NCBI GenBank assembly: GCA_001786575.1
Contig: MFRW01000003.1
Coordinates: 8,469-72,468 of the forward strand
DNA length: 64,000 bases
Reading direction: 5' to 3'
Origin: Candidatus Moranbacteria bacterium RIFCSPHIGHO2_01_FULL_55_24
GTDB taxonomy: Bacteria > Patescibacteriota > Minisyncoccia > Moranbacterales > UBA1568
Positions 42,202 through 53,293 of this stretch are shown one piece after another. Each line of letters opens with the position of its first letter. The stretch's first letter is position 1. The notes beneath the pieces are model-generated. The model was not told where the DNA came from and did not search any database. It worked only from the letters and a program-made list of their open reading frames with translations. Both the position numbers and the translations under genes were made by a program.

Positions 42202-42927
42202 TTAGTGACGGTGATGAATAACGCGCTCTCCGTGAGCCAGGATACGATCAAGATCTTCTCCGCTTATTTTCTTGGTTTCAGAATAACCCAAGACCTTTTT
42301 GTCCAAGCAGAGAATATGGCGCGTATCACGGGAAACGACGTCATGATCGTGAGAAACGAGGATAATCGTCATGCCTTTTTCGTGAAGCTTCCGCAGCAGG
42401 GTGTACAGATCTTCCTCGTAACTCGTATCGATGCTCGTGGTAGGCTCATCGAGAACCAAGAGCTCCGGTTCCGAAACCAGGGCTCTGGCGATAAAGACGC
42501 GCTGACGCTCCCCTCCAGACAGCTCTCCCAAGCGACGGGATGCCAGATGGCCGATGCCGCACAACTGAAGCGCCTCCATAACCGCTGTCATCTTAGAGGG
42601 TTTCCGATTACGATCAGCATAGCCGCTTCTTACCACCTCGAGCACACTGGCAGGGAAATTCAAATCTCCGCGAAAAACATTCTGCGGAATATAGCCGATT
42701 TTCTGCCAGCCGCGAAAAGCATTCAGCGGCTCGCCGAACAGTTCCACCTCTCCTCCTTGAATTTTCTCCAAGCCCAAGAGAAGACGAAGCAGCGTTGTCT
42801 TGCCGCTCCCGTTTCCGCCGAGGATGCCGAGGTAGTCTCCTTTTTCCACTTCGAAACTCACGTCTTGAAGCGCGCTGATCTGCTGACCATATGAATATGT
42901 GAGATGGGAAACTTTTACGATGGTCAT
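42202..42927 (-). CDS. znuC: Metal ABC transporter ATP-binding protein
   Basis: GGNGSGKTTLLR Walker A, LSGGERQR signature, and an H-loop. Start set to MTIVKV at 42927. The longer ORF-track start would overlap zur. Confidence 0.85.
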   Translation of the reverse strand: MTIVKVSHLTYSYGQQISALQDVSFEVEKGDYLGILGGNGSGKTTLLRLLLGLEKIQGGEVELFGEPLNAFRGWQKIGYIPQNVFRGDLNFPASVLEVVRSGYADRNRKPSKMTAVMEALQLCGIGHLASRRLGELSGGERQRVFIARALVSEPELLVLDEPTTSIDTSYEEDLYTLLRKLHEKGMTIILVSHDHDVVSRDTRHILCLDKKVLGYSETKKISGEDLDRILAHGERVIHHRH

Positions 42928-42934
42928 AGCGTTA

Positions 42935-43369
42935 TCACATGGAATAAGCGCAAGTCTGGCACAAGCCGAAAAATTCAAGCGAATGGCGGAGGATGGTGAA
43001 CCGGTGCGCGCGGCCGATAGAGCGCTCCTGACGGAGGATCTCCCGCTCATCCAGGTCGATATCCTCGATGCGCTCGCATTCCAAGCATACCAGATGGTGG
43101 TGATGCGCGAGAGCGACGCGCTCGTAGTATTCGCGCCGGCCACCGAGACTGATCGGGCGGATAGCGCCGAGCGCCTCCAGCCGATCAAGATCCCGGTACA
43201 CCGTCGTCTTGTTGACCATCACTCCTCGCTTCTCCATGAGCGCGAGTATTTCCGGAGCCGAGAGCGGCTTGGCAGTGGAGTCGAACACATGAGCAAGCGC
43301 TCGGCGGGCAGGGGTGAGCCGCACCTTCTGGTCTTTCAAGAGAGAAATAATGGTTTCTTGTTTTATCAT
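42935..43369 (-). CDS. zur: Fur-family regulator, likely Zur
   Basis: Fur-family winged helix. HHHHLVCLECERIEDID and CQTCA metal sites. Heads a znuCB operon. Confidence 0.8.
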   Translation of the reverse strand: MIKQETIISLLKDQKVRLTPARRALAHVFDSTAKPLSAPEILALMEKRGVMVNKTTVYRDLDRLEALGAIRPISLGGRREYYERVALAHHHHLVCLECERIEDIDLDEREILRQERSIGRAHRFTILRHSLEFFGLCQTCAYSM

Positions 43370-43380
43370 GTTTTCATGTT

Positions 43381-43399
43381 AATGCAACTAAGTTGCATT
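43381..43399. promoter_or_regulatory. Perfect 9-1-9 palindrome; candidate Zur/Fur operator
   Basis: AATGCAACT-a-AGTTGCATT, 12 nt upstream of the zur ATG. It sits between a TTGACA -35 (43400-43405, minus strand) and the start codon. Confidence 0.45.
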
Positions 43400-43529
43400 T
43401 GTCAAGAAGGGGAGAGGGGAGCGCAAAAAATCGAAGGATTCCTTTGAGAAAAGCAAAAAATAAAGCTTCCTCGAAAGCTTCTTCTTGGAATCCGCCGCAA
43501 AAATCGGTATACTGGAGAATATACGTGCT

Positions 43530-45038
43530 ATGTATACAAAAGCGACACAATTGAAAGATATCTTCGAGGCCGCCGCCTATCCCCTTTCAAGCGATGATGA
43601 AAAATTCCTTACAGAAGTCTGCCAATTCTCCGAAGCGGCGCACGCCGACCAGAAACGCAAATCCGGTGAGCCTTATATCACCCACTCCTTGAACGTGGCC
43701 AAAATCCTCGCGGAAATCGGCATGGACGAGAAGACCATCGCCGCCGGCCTGCTCCATGACGTCCCGGAAGACACCGCCGTCACGCTCGAAGAAGTCGCAG
43801 AGAAATTCGGGGAGGAAGTCGCTTACTTGGTGGACGGCGTCACCAAGCTCGGCAAGATCAAGCTGCGCGGATCGAAGGAGGAATACTATCTGGAAAACCT
43901 GCGCAAGATGTTCATGGCGATGGCCCAGGATATCCGCGTCGTGATCATCAAGCTCGCCGACCGCCTGCACAACATGCGCACGTTGGAGCACCTGCCGCCG
44001 GAAAAGCAAGCGCGCATCGCCCGGGAAACCATGGAGATCTACGCCCCGATCGCCAACCGGCTCGGTATCGGGGAAATCAAGGGCGAGCTCGAGGATACCT
44101 GCTTCATGTATCTCGATCCCGAACACTACGAGGAAACCAAACGTCTCCAGGAAACCTACCTCCACGAAGGCCAAGCATACATGGAACGCATCGTCTCGCT
44201 CTTTTCCAAGACGCTCAAGGACGCCAAGATCCAGGTAATCGATATGCAAGGGCGCACCAAGGACCTCTACCGCCTCTACCAGAAGCTCAAGAACCACGAC
44301 ATGAACATCAACCGGGTCTACGACTTGGTCGCGATCCGCATCGTCGTCCCGGAAATCGCCGACTGCTACGAAGCCCTCGGCATCATCCACCGCGAGTACC
44401 GCCCCATGGTCGGCCGCATCAAAGACTACATCTCCCTTCCCAAGCCGAACGGCTACCAGTCCCTCCACACCACGATCTTCGGTCCCGAAGGCCGCATCAT
44501 CGAGGTCCAGATCCGTACCCAGAAGATGCACGACGAGGCCGAGTACGGCATCGCCGCCCACTGGATGTACACCGAACGCGAGCGTCCGGGCTGGCGCAGC
44601 TTCTTCCAGCGCCCGAAGGCCGCCGCACTCAAGGGTGCACGGCCGAAAGAACTCACCTGGGTCAGTCAGCTCAAGGAATGGCAGAAAGAGATCGGCCGCG
44701 ATGACAAGGAATTCATCGAGGGATTGAAAATCGAATTCTTCAAGAACCACATCTTCGCTTTCACGCCGAAAGGAGATATCATCGATCTTCCCGAAGAGGC
44801 TACCCCGATCGACTTCGCCTATGCTATCCACAGCGAGATCGGCCACCGGGCTATGGGAGCCAAAGCCGACGGCAAGATGGTGCCGCTCGATTATCACATC
44901 CAGAACGCCCAGGTGATCGAAATCCTCACTTCCAAAGAAAAAAAGAAGCCGAGCCGCGATTGGCTCAACTTCGTCAAGACTTCCAGCGCCAAGTCTCACA
45001 TCCGCCGCGAACTCCGCAACAGCGAATTCCAGAAATAA
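43530..45038 (+). CDS. Short RelA/SpoT homolog with HD hydrolase, synthetase and TGS domains, no ACT domain
   Basis: HD motif (HDVPEDT) and the synthetase core (RTKDLYRLYQK..., DLVAIRIVV). Start moved to MYTKAT, because a GGTATACTGG -10 sits at 43506-43515. Confidence 0.85.
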   Translation: MYTKATQLKDIFEAAAYPLSSDDEKFLTEVCQFSEAAHADQKRKSGEPYITHSLNVAKILAEIGMDEKTIAAGLLHDVPEDTAVTLEEVAEKFGEEVAYLVDGVTKLGKIKLRGSKEEYYLENLRKMFMAMAQDIRVVIIKLADRLHNMRTLEHLPPEKQARIARETMEIYAPIANRLGIGEIKGELEDTCFMYLDPEHYEETKRLQETYLHEGQAYMERIVSLFSKTLKDAKIQVIDMQGRTKDLYRLYQKLKNHDMNINRVYDLVAIRIVVPEIADCYEALGIIHREYRPMVGRIKDYISLPKPNGYQSLHTTIFGPEGRIIEVQIRTQKMHDEAEYGIAAHWMYTERERPGWRSFFQRPKAAALKGARPKELTWVSQLKEWQKEIGRDDKEFIEGLKIEFFKNHIFAFTPKGDIIDLPEEATPIDFAYAIHSEIGHRAMGAKADGKMVPLDYHIQNAQVIEILTSKEKKKPSRDWLNFVKTSSAKSHIRRELRNSEFQK

Positions 45039-46787
45039 TTACTCCTTCGTCACGCGCATCACTTCTTCCAAGGAAGTCACTCCCTGGACGATTTTCAGAA
45101 AACCGTCTTCCACCATCGTGGACATGCCGTTCTCTTTCGCCTTATTCTCGATTTCTTCGCTCGTGGCTGATTGGGTGACCATCTTGCGTATATCGGTATC
45201 CATTTCCAGCACCTCATAGATGCCGTTCCGGCCCCGGTAGCCTTCTCCGCCGCATTGGTCGCAGCCAGCCGCTTTGTAGAAAGTGACTTCTTCCCAGGTC
45301 TTGGCGTCTTTCAGGTATTTCTTGCCTTCGCTATCATTCTGGAGGAATTTCATGATTTCCTCGATATCGTAGGATTTGGCCAGCGCCTCCACCTCTTTCT
45401 TCTCGAGATGGTACGGCTTCCGGCATTCCACACAGAGACGGCGTACGAGACGCTGCGCGACGATAGCATTCGTAGTAGAAGCGATGAGGAACGGCTCGGC
45501 ACCCATGTCGAGCATACGCGGGAGAGCGGCCGCGGCGCTGTTGGTATGGAGCGTCGAGAGCACCAAGTGGCCGGTCATGGCGGCATGGAGCGCGATCTCG
45601 AGCGTCTCTTGGTCGCGGATTTCTCCGACCATCAGGATATCCGGGTCCTGGCGCAGGAGCGCGCGAAGCGCCGCGGCGAACGTCATACCGATCTTCGTCG
45701 AGATCTGCGTCTGGTTGACGCGCGGCATGCGGTATTCCACCGGGTCTTCAACGGTAGAGATGTTCACTTCCGGAGTATTCAGGATATCCATGATCGTGTA
45801 GAGCGTCGTGGTCTTGCCGGACCCGGTCGGGCCGGTCACCAGGATCATACCGTTCGGCTTGTTGATCTCGCGCTGGACGATCTCCAAGGAGTGCGGGTGG
45901 AGCCCCATCTTTTCCAAGGTCAGCCCCTTCGACGATTCGTCGAGGAGGCGCATCACGATCTTCTCGCCGTCGAAGACAGGCAGGATGCTCACGCGGAAGG
46001 AAATCTTGTAATCGTCCTTCTCGATCTTGAAGCGTCCGTCCTGCGGCAAGCGATGTTCGTCGAGCTTCAGGTTCGAGAGCACCTTGATGCGCGCTACGAT
46101 GCCGAGCGCGGTATCCTTCGGAAGCGTCATAGCGTCATGCAGCACGCCGTCGATGCGGTAGCGTACGTGCACTTCTTTCTCCTCCGGCTCGATATGGATA
46201 TCGCTCGCGGACTCGAGGATCGCGTGCTTCAGGAGCGTATCGACGATACGGATAATCGGAAGGCCGGCGGCCATCGCTTCGAGGTTCTCTTCTTTCTTCT
46301 CACCGCCCTCGCCTTTCACCTCGCCGGTCAGGATATCGCCGAATTCCGCCTTGAGGCTCTTCTCGTACTGGTGGAGCGCCGCCTGGATAGACTCGCGGCT
46401 CGTAAGACACGGCACGATCTTGAGACCGGTTTTTTTCTTGATAAAGTCGATCGTCTGCAGGTCTTCCGGGTTGAGCATGGCCACCTTGAGATCGGAGCCG
46501 CTCTTCTGGAAAGAGACGATGTTATATTTCTTGGCGATGAGTTCCGGAACGATCTGAAGGATCTCGATAGGAATCGCCTCCTTGGAAAGGTCGACGAACG
46601 GGATGCCGAGGATATACGCGTACATCTTCTGAAGCTCCGGTTCCTTGACCAGATCCTTCTCCAAAAGCACGCTTCCGAGATCTTTTTCTTCTTTTTTCGC
46701 CTGGGACACAGCCTCGTCTATCTGTTCCTTCGGGAGGATGTTCGAATCCGCCAAGAACATGCGGAGCTGTTCTGTATCGATGCGCAT
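45039..46787 (-). CDS. pilB: Type IV pilus assembly ATPase PilB (GspE family)
   Basis: N-terminal GSPII_E_N-like domain, GPTGSGKTTTLY Walker A, Asp and His boxes. A GGTATAAT -10 at 46811-46818 on the minus strand. Confidence 0.9.
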   Translation of the reverse strand: MRIDTEQLRMFLADSNILPKEQIDEAVSQAKKEEKDLGSVLLEKDLVKEPELQKMYAYILGIPFVDLSKEAIPIEILQIVPELIAKKYNIVSFQKSGSDLKVAMLNPEDLQTIDFIKKKTGLKIVPCLTSRESIQAALHQYEKSLKAEFGDILTGEVKGEGGEKKEENLEAMAAGLPIIRIVDTLLKHAILESASDIHIEPEEKEVHVRYRIDGVLHDAMTLPKDTALGIVARIKVLSNLKLDEHRLPQDGRFKIEKDDYKISFRVSILPVFDGEKIVMRLLDESSKGLTLEKMGLHPHSLEIVQREINKPNGMILVTGPTGSGKTTTLYTIMDILNTPEVNISTVEDPVEYRMPRVNQTQISTKIGMTFAAALRALLRQDPDILMVGEIRDQETLEIALHAAMTGHLVLSTLHTNSAAAALPRMLDMGAEPFLIASTTNAIVAQRLVRRLCVECRKPYHLEKKEVEALAKSYDIEEIMKFLQNDSEGKKYLKDAKTWEEVTFYKAAGCDQCGGEGYRGRNGIYEVLEMDTDIRKMVTQSATSEEIENKAKENGMSTMVEDGFLKIVQGVTSLEEVMRVTKE

Positions 46788-46839
46788 AGCTGTTTTGTTT
46801 TCGTGTTTTTATTATACCACGAGGCGGCATCGCTTTCCG

Positions 46840-46867
46840 CAAGAAAAAACAGCGGTCGCCCGCTGTT
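46840..46867 (-). terminator. Intrinsic terminator after groEL
   Basis: acagcgg-tcgcc-cgctgt. On the minus strand it is followed by tttttctt. Confidence 0.55.
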
Positions 46868-46876
46868 TTCCTTGGT

Positions 46877-48553
<1,677 letters not shown>

Positions 48554-48556
48554 TTA

Positions 48557-48583
48557 TTAGCACTCATTATTATAGGTTGCTAG
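48557..48583. promoter_or_regulatory. CIRCE-like inverted repeat; candidate HrcA operator
   Basis: TTAGCACTC-N9-GgtTGCTAg. The left half is perfect and the right half matches 6 of 9 to the consensus GAGTGCTAA. Lies 22 nt upstream of the groEL start. Confidence 0.45.
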
Positions 48584-48603
48584 CCGTGTTCGTCAAGAGA
48601 GTT

Positions 48604-49653
48604 CTAGACCTTGAAGACGATCACATCGCCGTCCTGGACGATATAGTCCTTGCCTTCCAAACGGAGCGTTCCCTTGTCGCGGCCTGCGGCCCAAGAACCG
48701 GCTTCCACCAGTTTCTCCCAATGGATGACTTCCGCCCGGATGAATTTCTCCTCGAAGTCTCCGTGGATGGCCGCTCCCGCCTGTGGCGCCGTCGAGCCCT
48801 GTTCCACGGTCCAGGCGCGCGTCTCCTGCTCGCCGGTGGTGAAGTATGTCATGAGCCCCAGGAGCGCGTAGGCGCGCTTGATGAGGTCGCCCAGATGCGA
48901 GCGTATGCCGAGCTCTTCCGCTTCTTCCGGAGTCATTTCGATGAGCTCTTCCTCGATCTTGATGTCGAGCTTCACGTGCGGGCGGCTCTCGAGTTCCGGC
49001 GCGAGCGCGCGCTCGATATCGGAAACATTGTAGACATAGAGGAAGGGCTTCGCGGTGAGGAGCTGCAGGCTATGAGCTATCTTCTTCTCTTCTTCGGAAA
49101 AATGTTCCAGGAGCGTGTAGGCGAGCTGTTCGGCTTCGAGGGCGGTCTCGATCTTCTCGAGCACCGCCATCTCGGCCAGCGCTTCCTTGTTTCCCGAACG
49201 CGTCTCTTTGATGGTCTTCAGTTTGCGCTTGGCGACCGTCTCCATGTCCGCCAGGATCAGCTCGGTATTGATGATCTCGATGTCTTCCTTCGGCTCCACG
49301 CGGTTGTGGACATGGATGATGTCCGGGTTCTCGAACGCCCGCACCACTTCCACGATCGCATCCACTTCGCGGATATTCTGGAGGAATTTGTTGCCGAGGC
49401 CTTCTCCCTCGCTCGCCCCCTTCACGAGTCCGGCGATGTCTACGAATTCCACCACGGCCGGGATAATCTTCTTGCTCCCGGAAACAGCCGAGAGTTTCGC
49501 CAGGCGCTCGTCCGGCACCTCGACAATCCCGATATTCGGTTCGATGGTGCAGAACGGATAATTATTGATATCGACCGCCTTCCTGGTCAAGGCTTTGAAA
49601 AGCGTGGATTTCCCGACATTGGGAAGACCGACGATTCCGACTTTGAGGGACAT
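48604..49653 (-). CDS. ychF: Ribosome-binding ATPase YchF
   Basis: GLPNVGKST G1 motif, NKxD-like motif, and a C-terminal TGS domain. Confidence 0.9.
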   Translation of the reverse strand: MSLKVGIVGLPNVGKSTLFKALTRKAVDINNYPFCTIEPNIGIVEVPDERLAKLSAVSGSKKIIPAVVEFVDIAGLVKGASEGEGLGNKFLQNIREVDAIVEVVRAFENPDIIHVHNRVEPKEDIEIINTELILADMETVAKRKLKTIKETRSGNKEALAEMAVLEKIETALEAEQLAYTLLEHFSEEEKKIAHSLQLLTAKPFLYVYNVSDIERALAPELESRPHVKLDIKIEEELIEMTPEEAEELGIRSHLGDLIKRAYALLGLMTYFTTGEQETRAWTVEQGSTAPQAGAAIHGDFEEKFIRAEVIHWEKLVEAGSWAAGRDKGTLRLEGKDYIVQDGDVIVFKV

Positions 49654-49796
49654 ACGAGAGGAAAATTAGAGAGAAAAAACGCCTTGGAATTACTCCCTAT
49701 TCTCGCAAAAATAGCGCTCGGCGTCAATAAAAAAGAGGTCTTCAAGCTTGAAGACCTCTTAGAGGATCACTGTTGTGATTTTCAGATAGCCGGCGG

Positions 49797-50285
49797 TTAT
49801 GCCGGGAGCGCTTCACGCTCGCCCTGGAAAAAGTTTCTGACGCTATCGAGACACAGCGCGATGCCCGAAACCGTATCCAGGAGATCGTCCTGCTGCTTCG
49901 CGCACAGCCAGCGGTAATTCTCCCAGAGGAGCGGTTGGCCGGTATTGTCTTCTTGGAAGTCCGCGAGCCTCTGCGTGCTGTGGACCAAGAGATCGCCAAC
50001 CAGCATTTCACAAGGTTCGTCACCGAACACATGAGGGAAGCGGCCGAGCTCTCGCCATTCCCGCTTGAAGGCCTGGCTAGTGAAATTTTCCTGCCGCCGA
50101 AGCCCGGCCATGACCGATTCGCCAGGAAGAAGATCAAAAGAGATAAAGCCGTATCTACCAGTCTCCTTATCCCTCCGGATGAGGAATTCCCGGTTCCTCG
50201 GATCGAACCTGCAGATCTTGTCGATGAACGACGGGTTCTGCCGCGGAGCCCCGTACCAGAGAAGCAAAAGCGCCTTACGTTTCAT
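49797..50285 (-). CDS. Hypothetical protein
   Basis: ORF with an AAGGG RBS before the ATG at 50285. No motif recognised. Confidence 0.4.
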   Translation of the reverse strand: MKRKALLLLWYGAPRQNPSFIDKICRFDPRNREFLIRRDKETGRYGFISFDLLPGESVMAGLRRQENFTSQAFKREWRELGRFPHVFGDEPCEMLVGDLLVHSTQRLADFQEDNTGQPLLWENYRWLCAKQQDDLLDTVSGIALCLDSVRNFFQGEREALPA

Positions 50286-50418
50286 TGTCCTACCCTTTCC
50301 TGCCTGCAAAGAACTGCGGATTTCCCTATCTTTCCCGAGAAACCGGAAAATGTCAAGAAAGGCCCCGTTCAAGCGCTTTATGCTATAATATCCTGGCGAT
50401 AACCTTTCTCATACCACT

Positions 50419-51759
50419 ATGAATCCGGCGATTTTCAAGGCCTACGATATCCGCGGCATCTACCCGGAGGAATTCAATGCCGATGATGCCTATCGGATCG
50501 GGCGCGCCCTGGTCATGCATCTGCGGCCGAAAACGCTCGGAGTCGGCCGGGATGTGCGCGAGTCCAGCCCGGAGCTCTTCGAGAGTTTCACTCGAGGAGT
50601 CATGGAACAGGGCTGCGATGTCATCGACCTCGGCATCATCACCACCCCGATGGTCTACTTCGCCGCCGGCCGCCTCGATATCGACGCCGCCGTCTCTATC
50701 ACTGCGTCCCACAATCCTCCCCAATACAACGGGATGAAGATCGCCCTTCGCGGCGCGATTCCGGTCGGCGAGAATTCAGGGCTGCGCGATATCCGCGACC
50801 TGGCCATGGCCGGAACCTTCGAAGAAGGCAGCTCTGCCGGCAGCATAGAAGCCGAGGATATCCGCCCCGCTTACTACGGCTACTTCAGCGCCTTCGCCGA
50901 TCTGGGCGACAAGAAATTCACTCTCGCGATCGACACGGCAAACGCTATGGGCGTACTCGAGCTCCCGATCTACGAACAGCTCGCGGAAAACATTTCTCTC
51001 ATCCGCCTCTATGACGATCTCTCGCAGCCGTTCTCCTGCCATGAGGCCAACCCGCTGAAAGCCGAGACTCTGGAAGAACTCCAGGCGAAGATCCGCGAAG
51101 CCGGAGCCGACCTCGGGATCGCCTACGACGGCGATGCTGACCGCATCGGGTTCGTGGACGAGGCCGGAACGATCATCCCTATGGATCTCATCACCGCGCT
51201 TATTGCGAAGATCATCCTCGAGAAGAAGCCCGGGAGTACCATCCTCTACGATCTGCGCTCTTCCCGTTCGGTCAAGGAAATCATCGAAGAGAACGGAGGG
51301 GTCGCCATCGAATGCAAAGTAGGCCACGCCAATATCAAGAAGCAGATGCGCGAAACCGGCGCTATCTTCGCCGGCGAACTTTCCGGCCACTACTACTTCG
51401 AGGAGAACTCTTTCGCCGAAGCCGGCACGCTTCCGGCGCTCCTCCTCCTCAATCTCATGGCGGAGACCGGCGAGAAGATCTCCGAGCTCGTCCGCGAGAC
51501 GAAGCGCTACTTCCACTCCGGCGAAATCAACAGCGAAGTCGCGGATAAGGAGCGCGTCCTCCAGGATTTGAAAATGCGCTACGCAGACGGCAAGATGCAC
51601 GAGCTCGACGGCCTCAAAGTCGAATATCCCACCTGGTGGTTCAATGTCCGCGCCTCGAATACCGAGCCCCTGCTCCGGCTGAACCTCGAAGCCGAAACTC
51701 CCGAACTCCTCGCCGAAAAGCAGGCCGAGCTCCTGGACATCATCCGGAGACAAGCTTGA
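50419..51759 (+). CDS. Phosphomannomutase/phosphoglucomutase
   Basis: TASHNP active-site Ser loop, a Mg-binding DGDADR-like motif, and a sugar-binding loop. Confidence 0.9.
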   Translation: MNPAIFKAYDIRGIYPEEFNADDAYRIGRALVMHLRPKTLGVGRDVRESSPELFESFTRGVMEQGCDVIDLGIITTPMVYFAAGRLDIDAAVSITASHNPPQYNGMKIALRGAIPVGENSGLRDIRDLAMAGTFEEGSSAGSIEAEDIRPAYYGYFSAFADLGDKKFTLAIDTANAMGVLELPIYEQLAENISLIRLYDDLSQPFSCHEANPLKAETLEELQAKIREAGADLGIAYDGDADRIGFVDEAGTIIPMDLITALIAKIILEKKPGSTILYDLRSSRSVKEIIEENGGVAIECKVGHANIKKQMRETGAIFAGELSGHYYFEENSFAEAGTLPALLLLNLMAETGEKISELVRETKRYFHSGEINSEVADKERVLQDLKMRYADGKMHELDGLKVEYPTWWFNVRASNTEPLLRLNLEAETPELLAEKQAELLDIIRRQA

Positions 51760-51777
51760 CCGCTTTCCCGCACAGGA

Positions 51778-51787
51778 GGTATACTGG
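51778..51787 (+). promoter_or_regulatory. Orphan -10-like element GGTATACTGG
   Basis: The same 10-mer recurs upstream of many genes. Here it is followed by a hairpin and the 51840-51866 terminator, before the small ORF at 51904. Confidence 0.4.
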
Positions 51788-51839
51788 TCCCAATGGACCA
51801 GAAAACGCCCCAAGTGAATATTTCTTCTCAAGCGTCATA

Positions 51840-51866
51840 AACCGCCCCGATTGGGCGGTTTTTTTC
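51840..51866 (+). terminator. Intrinsic terminator (8-T tract)
   Basis: ccgccc-cgatt-gggcgg followed by tttttttt. Confidence 0.65.
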
Positions 51867-51903
51867 TGGCCGAAATCGGTTCTTTCAAACAAAGGGGTCT
51901 TCT

Positions 51904-52170
51904 ATGCACCAGACGACGCTCCTCGCCATCGACTGGCATGATGAAATCCGGAAGCTCCGTGCTGACGGACATACGGTCTGCCCGCTCATGGCGCATGTCC
52001 CCGGCAGCTCCAGACCGCCGACCTGCCGCTGCGATATCGAAACGCTGCGACGCGTCTTCCTGGAGGAAAACACGCATTGCACGGAAGGCGATTGCTGCCT
52101 GCCGCGCATAAACTCCCCCAGGGAAGCCTGCAACGAAGCGGCCACCTATCATCGCAGACATCCTTACTGA
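51904..52170 (+). CDS. Small Cys-rich hypothetical protein
   Basis: GGGG RBS 8 nt upstream. A terminator at 52176-52211 follows. Seven Cys residues. The overlapping minus-strand ORF has Arg/Gly-rich shadow-like composition. Confidence 0.3.
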   Translation: MHQTTLLAIDWHDEIRKLRADGHTVCPLMAHVPGSSRPPTCRCDIETLRRVFLEENTHCTEGDCCLPRINSPREACNEAATYHRRHPY

Positions 52171-52175
52171 CAAAA

Positions 52176-52211
52176 CGCCTCCCCGGGAACATCCGGCGAG
52201 GCGCTTTTTTT
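52176..52211. terminator. Bidirectional intrinsic terminator
   Basis: cgcctc-cccgg...ccggc-gaggcg followed by ttttttt. Confidence 0.55.
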
Positions 52212-52231
52212 CGATTCCAAATTCTAGAGGG

Positions 52232-52567
52232 TTACCACCCGAGGTATCCGCCATCCAGGTTTTCTGCGGCGATACTGTGCTCCTTCAGCTTCTCTTGAGC
52301 AAGACTGGAACGGCCGCCGGAGCGGCAGCTGACAACGAGTGTCACCTGATCCAGCGTTTTTCCGCATTGCCCGGCACACTCTTCCAGGCGGGCCTTGAGC
52401 TCGTCTTTCGGCAGCGAGCACACGAAGCCCACTGGCAGATTGACATAATTCTTCGGACGCGATGGAAGAAGCGGCTGGTCTGCGACCTCATCCGTCTCCC
52501 TCACATCGATGATCAGGAGACTGGATGGATTCTTCTCAAGCATCTCTTTCAATTCTTTGCTTTGCAT
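52232..52567 (-). CDS. Rhodanese-domain sulfurtransferase
   Basis: CRSGGRS active-site Cys loop in a 111-aa single domain. Confidence 0.8.
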   Translation of the reverse strand: MQSKELKEMLEKNPSSLLIIDVRETDEVADQPLLPSRPKNYVNLPVGFVCSLPKDELKARLEECAGQCGKTLDQVTLVVSCRSGGRSSLAQEKLKEHSIAAENLDGGYLGW

Positions 52568-52593
52568 AGTTTTTTTGATTCTTTAACGGTTGA

Positions 52594-53289
52594 TTATTTT
52601 GTGTTCTCTTCCAGAGAAACCTCGAAGAGTTCCGGCGTCGGCGGCTTGTGCTGATCCAGAAGCGCGATGAAATCTTCCTTTCTTCTTTCTACTGCCAGCC
52701 TGAAGCGTTCATTATTCTTTTTCTCGGCATCGATGGTCGAAGAGACAATTCCCTGGTAATTGTGAGCCGGGTAGATCACTGTTTCCACAGGCAGCGCCGC
52801 AACGCGGCGCAGGCTCTCGTAAAGCCGCTCGCTCTCCCCTAACTGGAAGTCGGTCCTTCCGGTACCGCCGATCAAGAGCATATCCCCAGTAAAGAGCGCG
52901 TCTCCGACCTTATAGGAGAGACTCTCATTCGTGTGTCCGGGAGTATGCCATACTTCTATTTCTGTCCGGCCGATCGAAAGCGTATCGCCATCTTTGAGCG
53001 GGAGATCTTTGCTCGGTGACGGAGAAAGTGCGCTCATAGCTATCCGAGCGTCTGTCTTTTCGCGGAGCATCCGGCTAAGCGATACATGGTCGGCATGAGT
53101 ATGCGTTTCCAAGAGATATCGGAGCGTGATTCGGGGATGAGCTTCGAAATAAGCGTCGTATTCCTGTTCCATCTCCTGGCTCGGGTCGATGAGCACGGCT
53201 TCTTGTGTCGCTGTATCGACAATGAGATACGAGAGACAGCCTCTCTCGGAATGGAATGGGTGGACTTGAAACATCTTTTCCATAGGCAT
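52594..53289 (-). CDS. MBL-fold metallohydrolase, persulfide dioxygenase (ETHE1)-like
   Basis: THTHADH motif and downstream His/Asp ligands. Adjacent to rhodanese and a CsoR-family repressor. Confidence 0.75.
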   Translation of the reverse strand: MPMEKMFQVHPFHSERGCLSYLIVDTATQEAVLIDPSQEMEQEYDAYFEAHPRITLRYLLETHTHADHVSLSRMLREKTDARIAMSALSPSPSKDLPLKDGDTLSIGRTEIEVWHTPGHTNESLSYKVGDALFTGDMLLIGGTGRTDFQLGESERLYESLRRVAALPVETVIYPAHNYQGIVSSTIDAEKKNNERFRLAVERRKEDFIALLDQHKPPTPELFEVSLEENTK

Positions 53290-53293
53290 TCCG

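Noticed and set aside
43587-44999. 470-aa minus-strand ORF inside the rel gene
   Set aside because: The plus strand carries the HD and synthetase motifs.
50776-51831. 351-aa minus-strand ORF inside the PMM gene
   Set aside because: The plus-strand TASHNP motif identifies the real gene.
51835-52254. 139-aa minus-strand ORF overlapping the rhodanese 3' end
   Set aside because: Arg/Gly/Ala-rich shadow composition. It would overlap rhodanese by 22 nt in another frame. The plus-strand Cys-rich ORF has an RBS and terminator, but it is itself only low-confidence.
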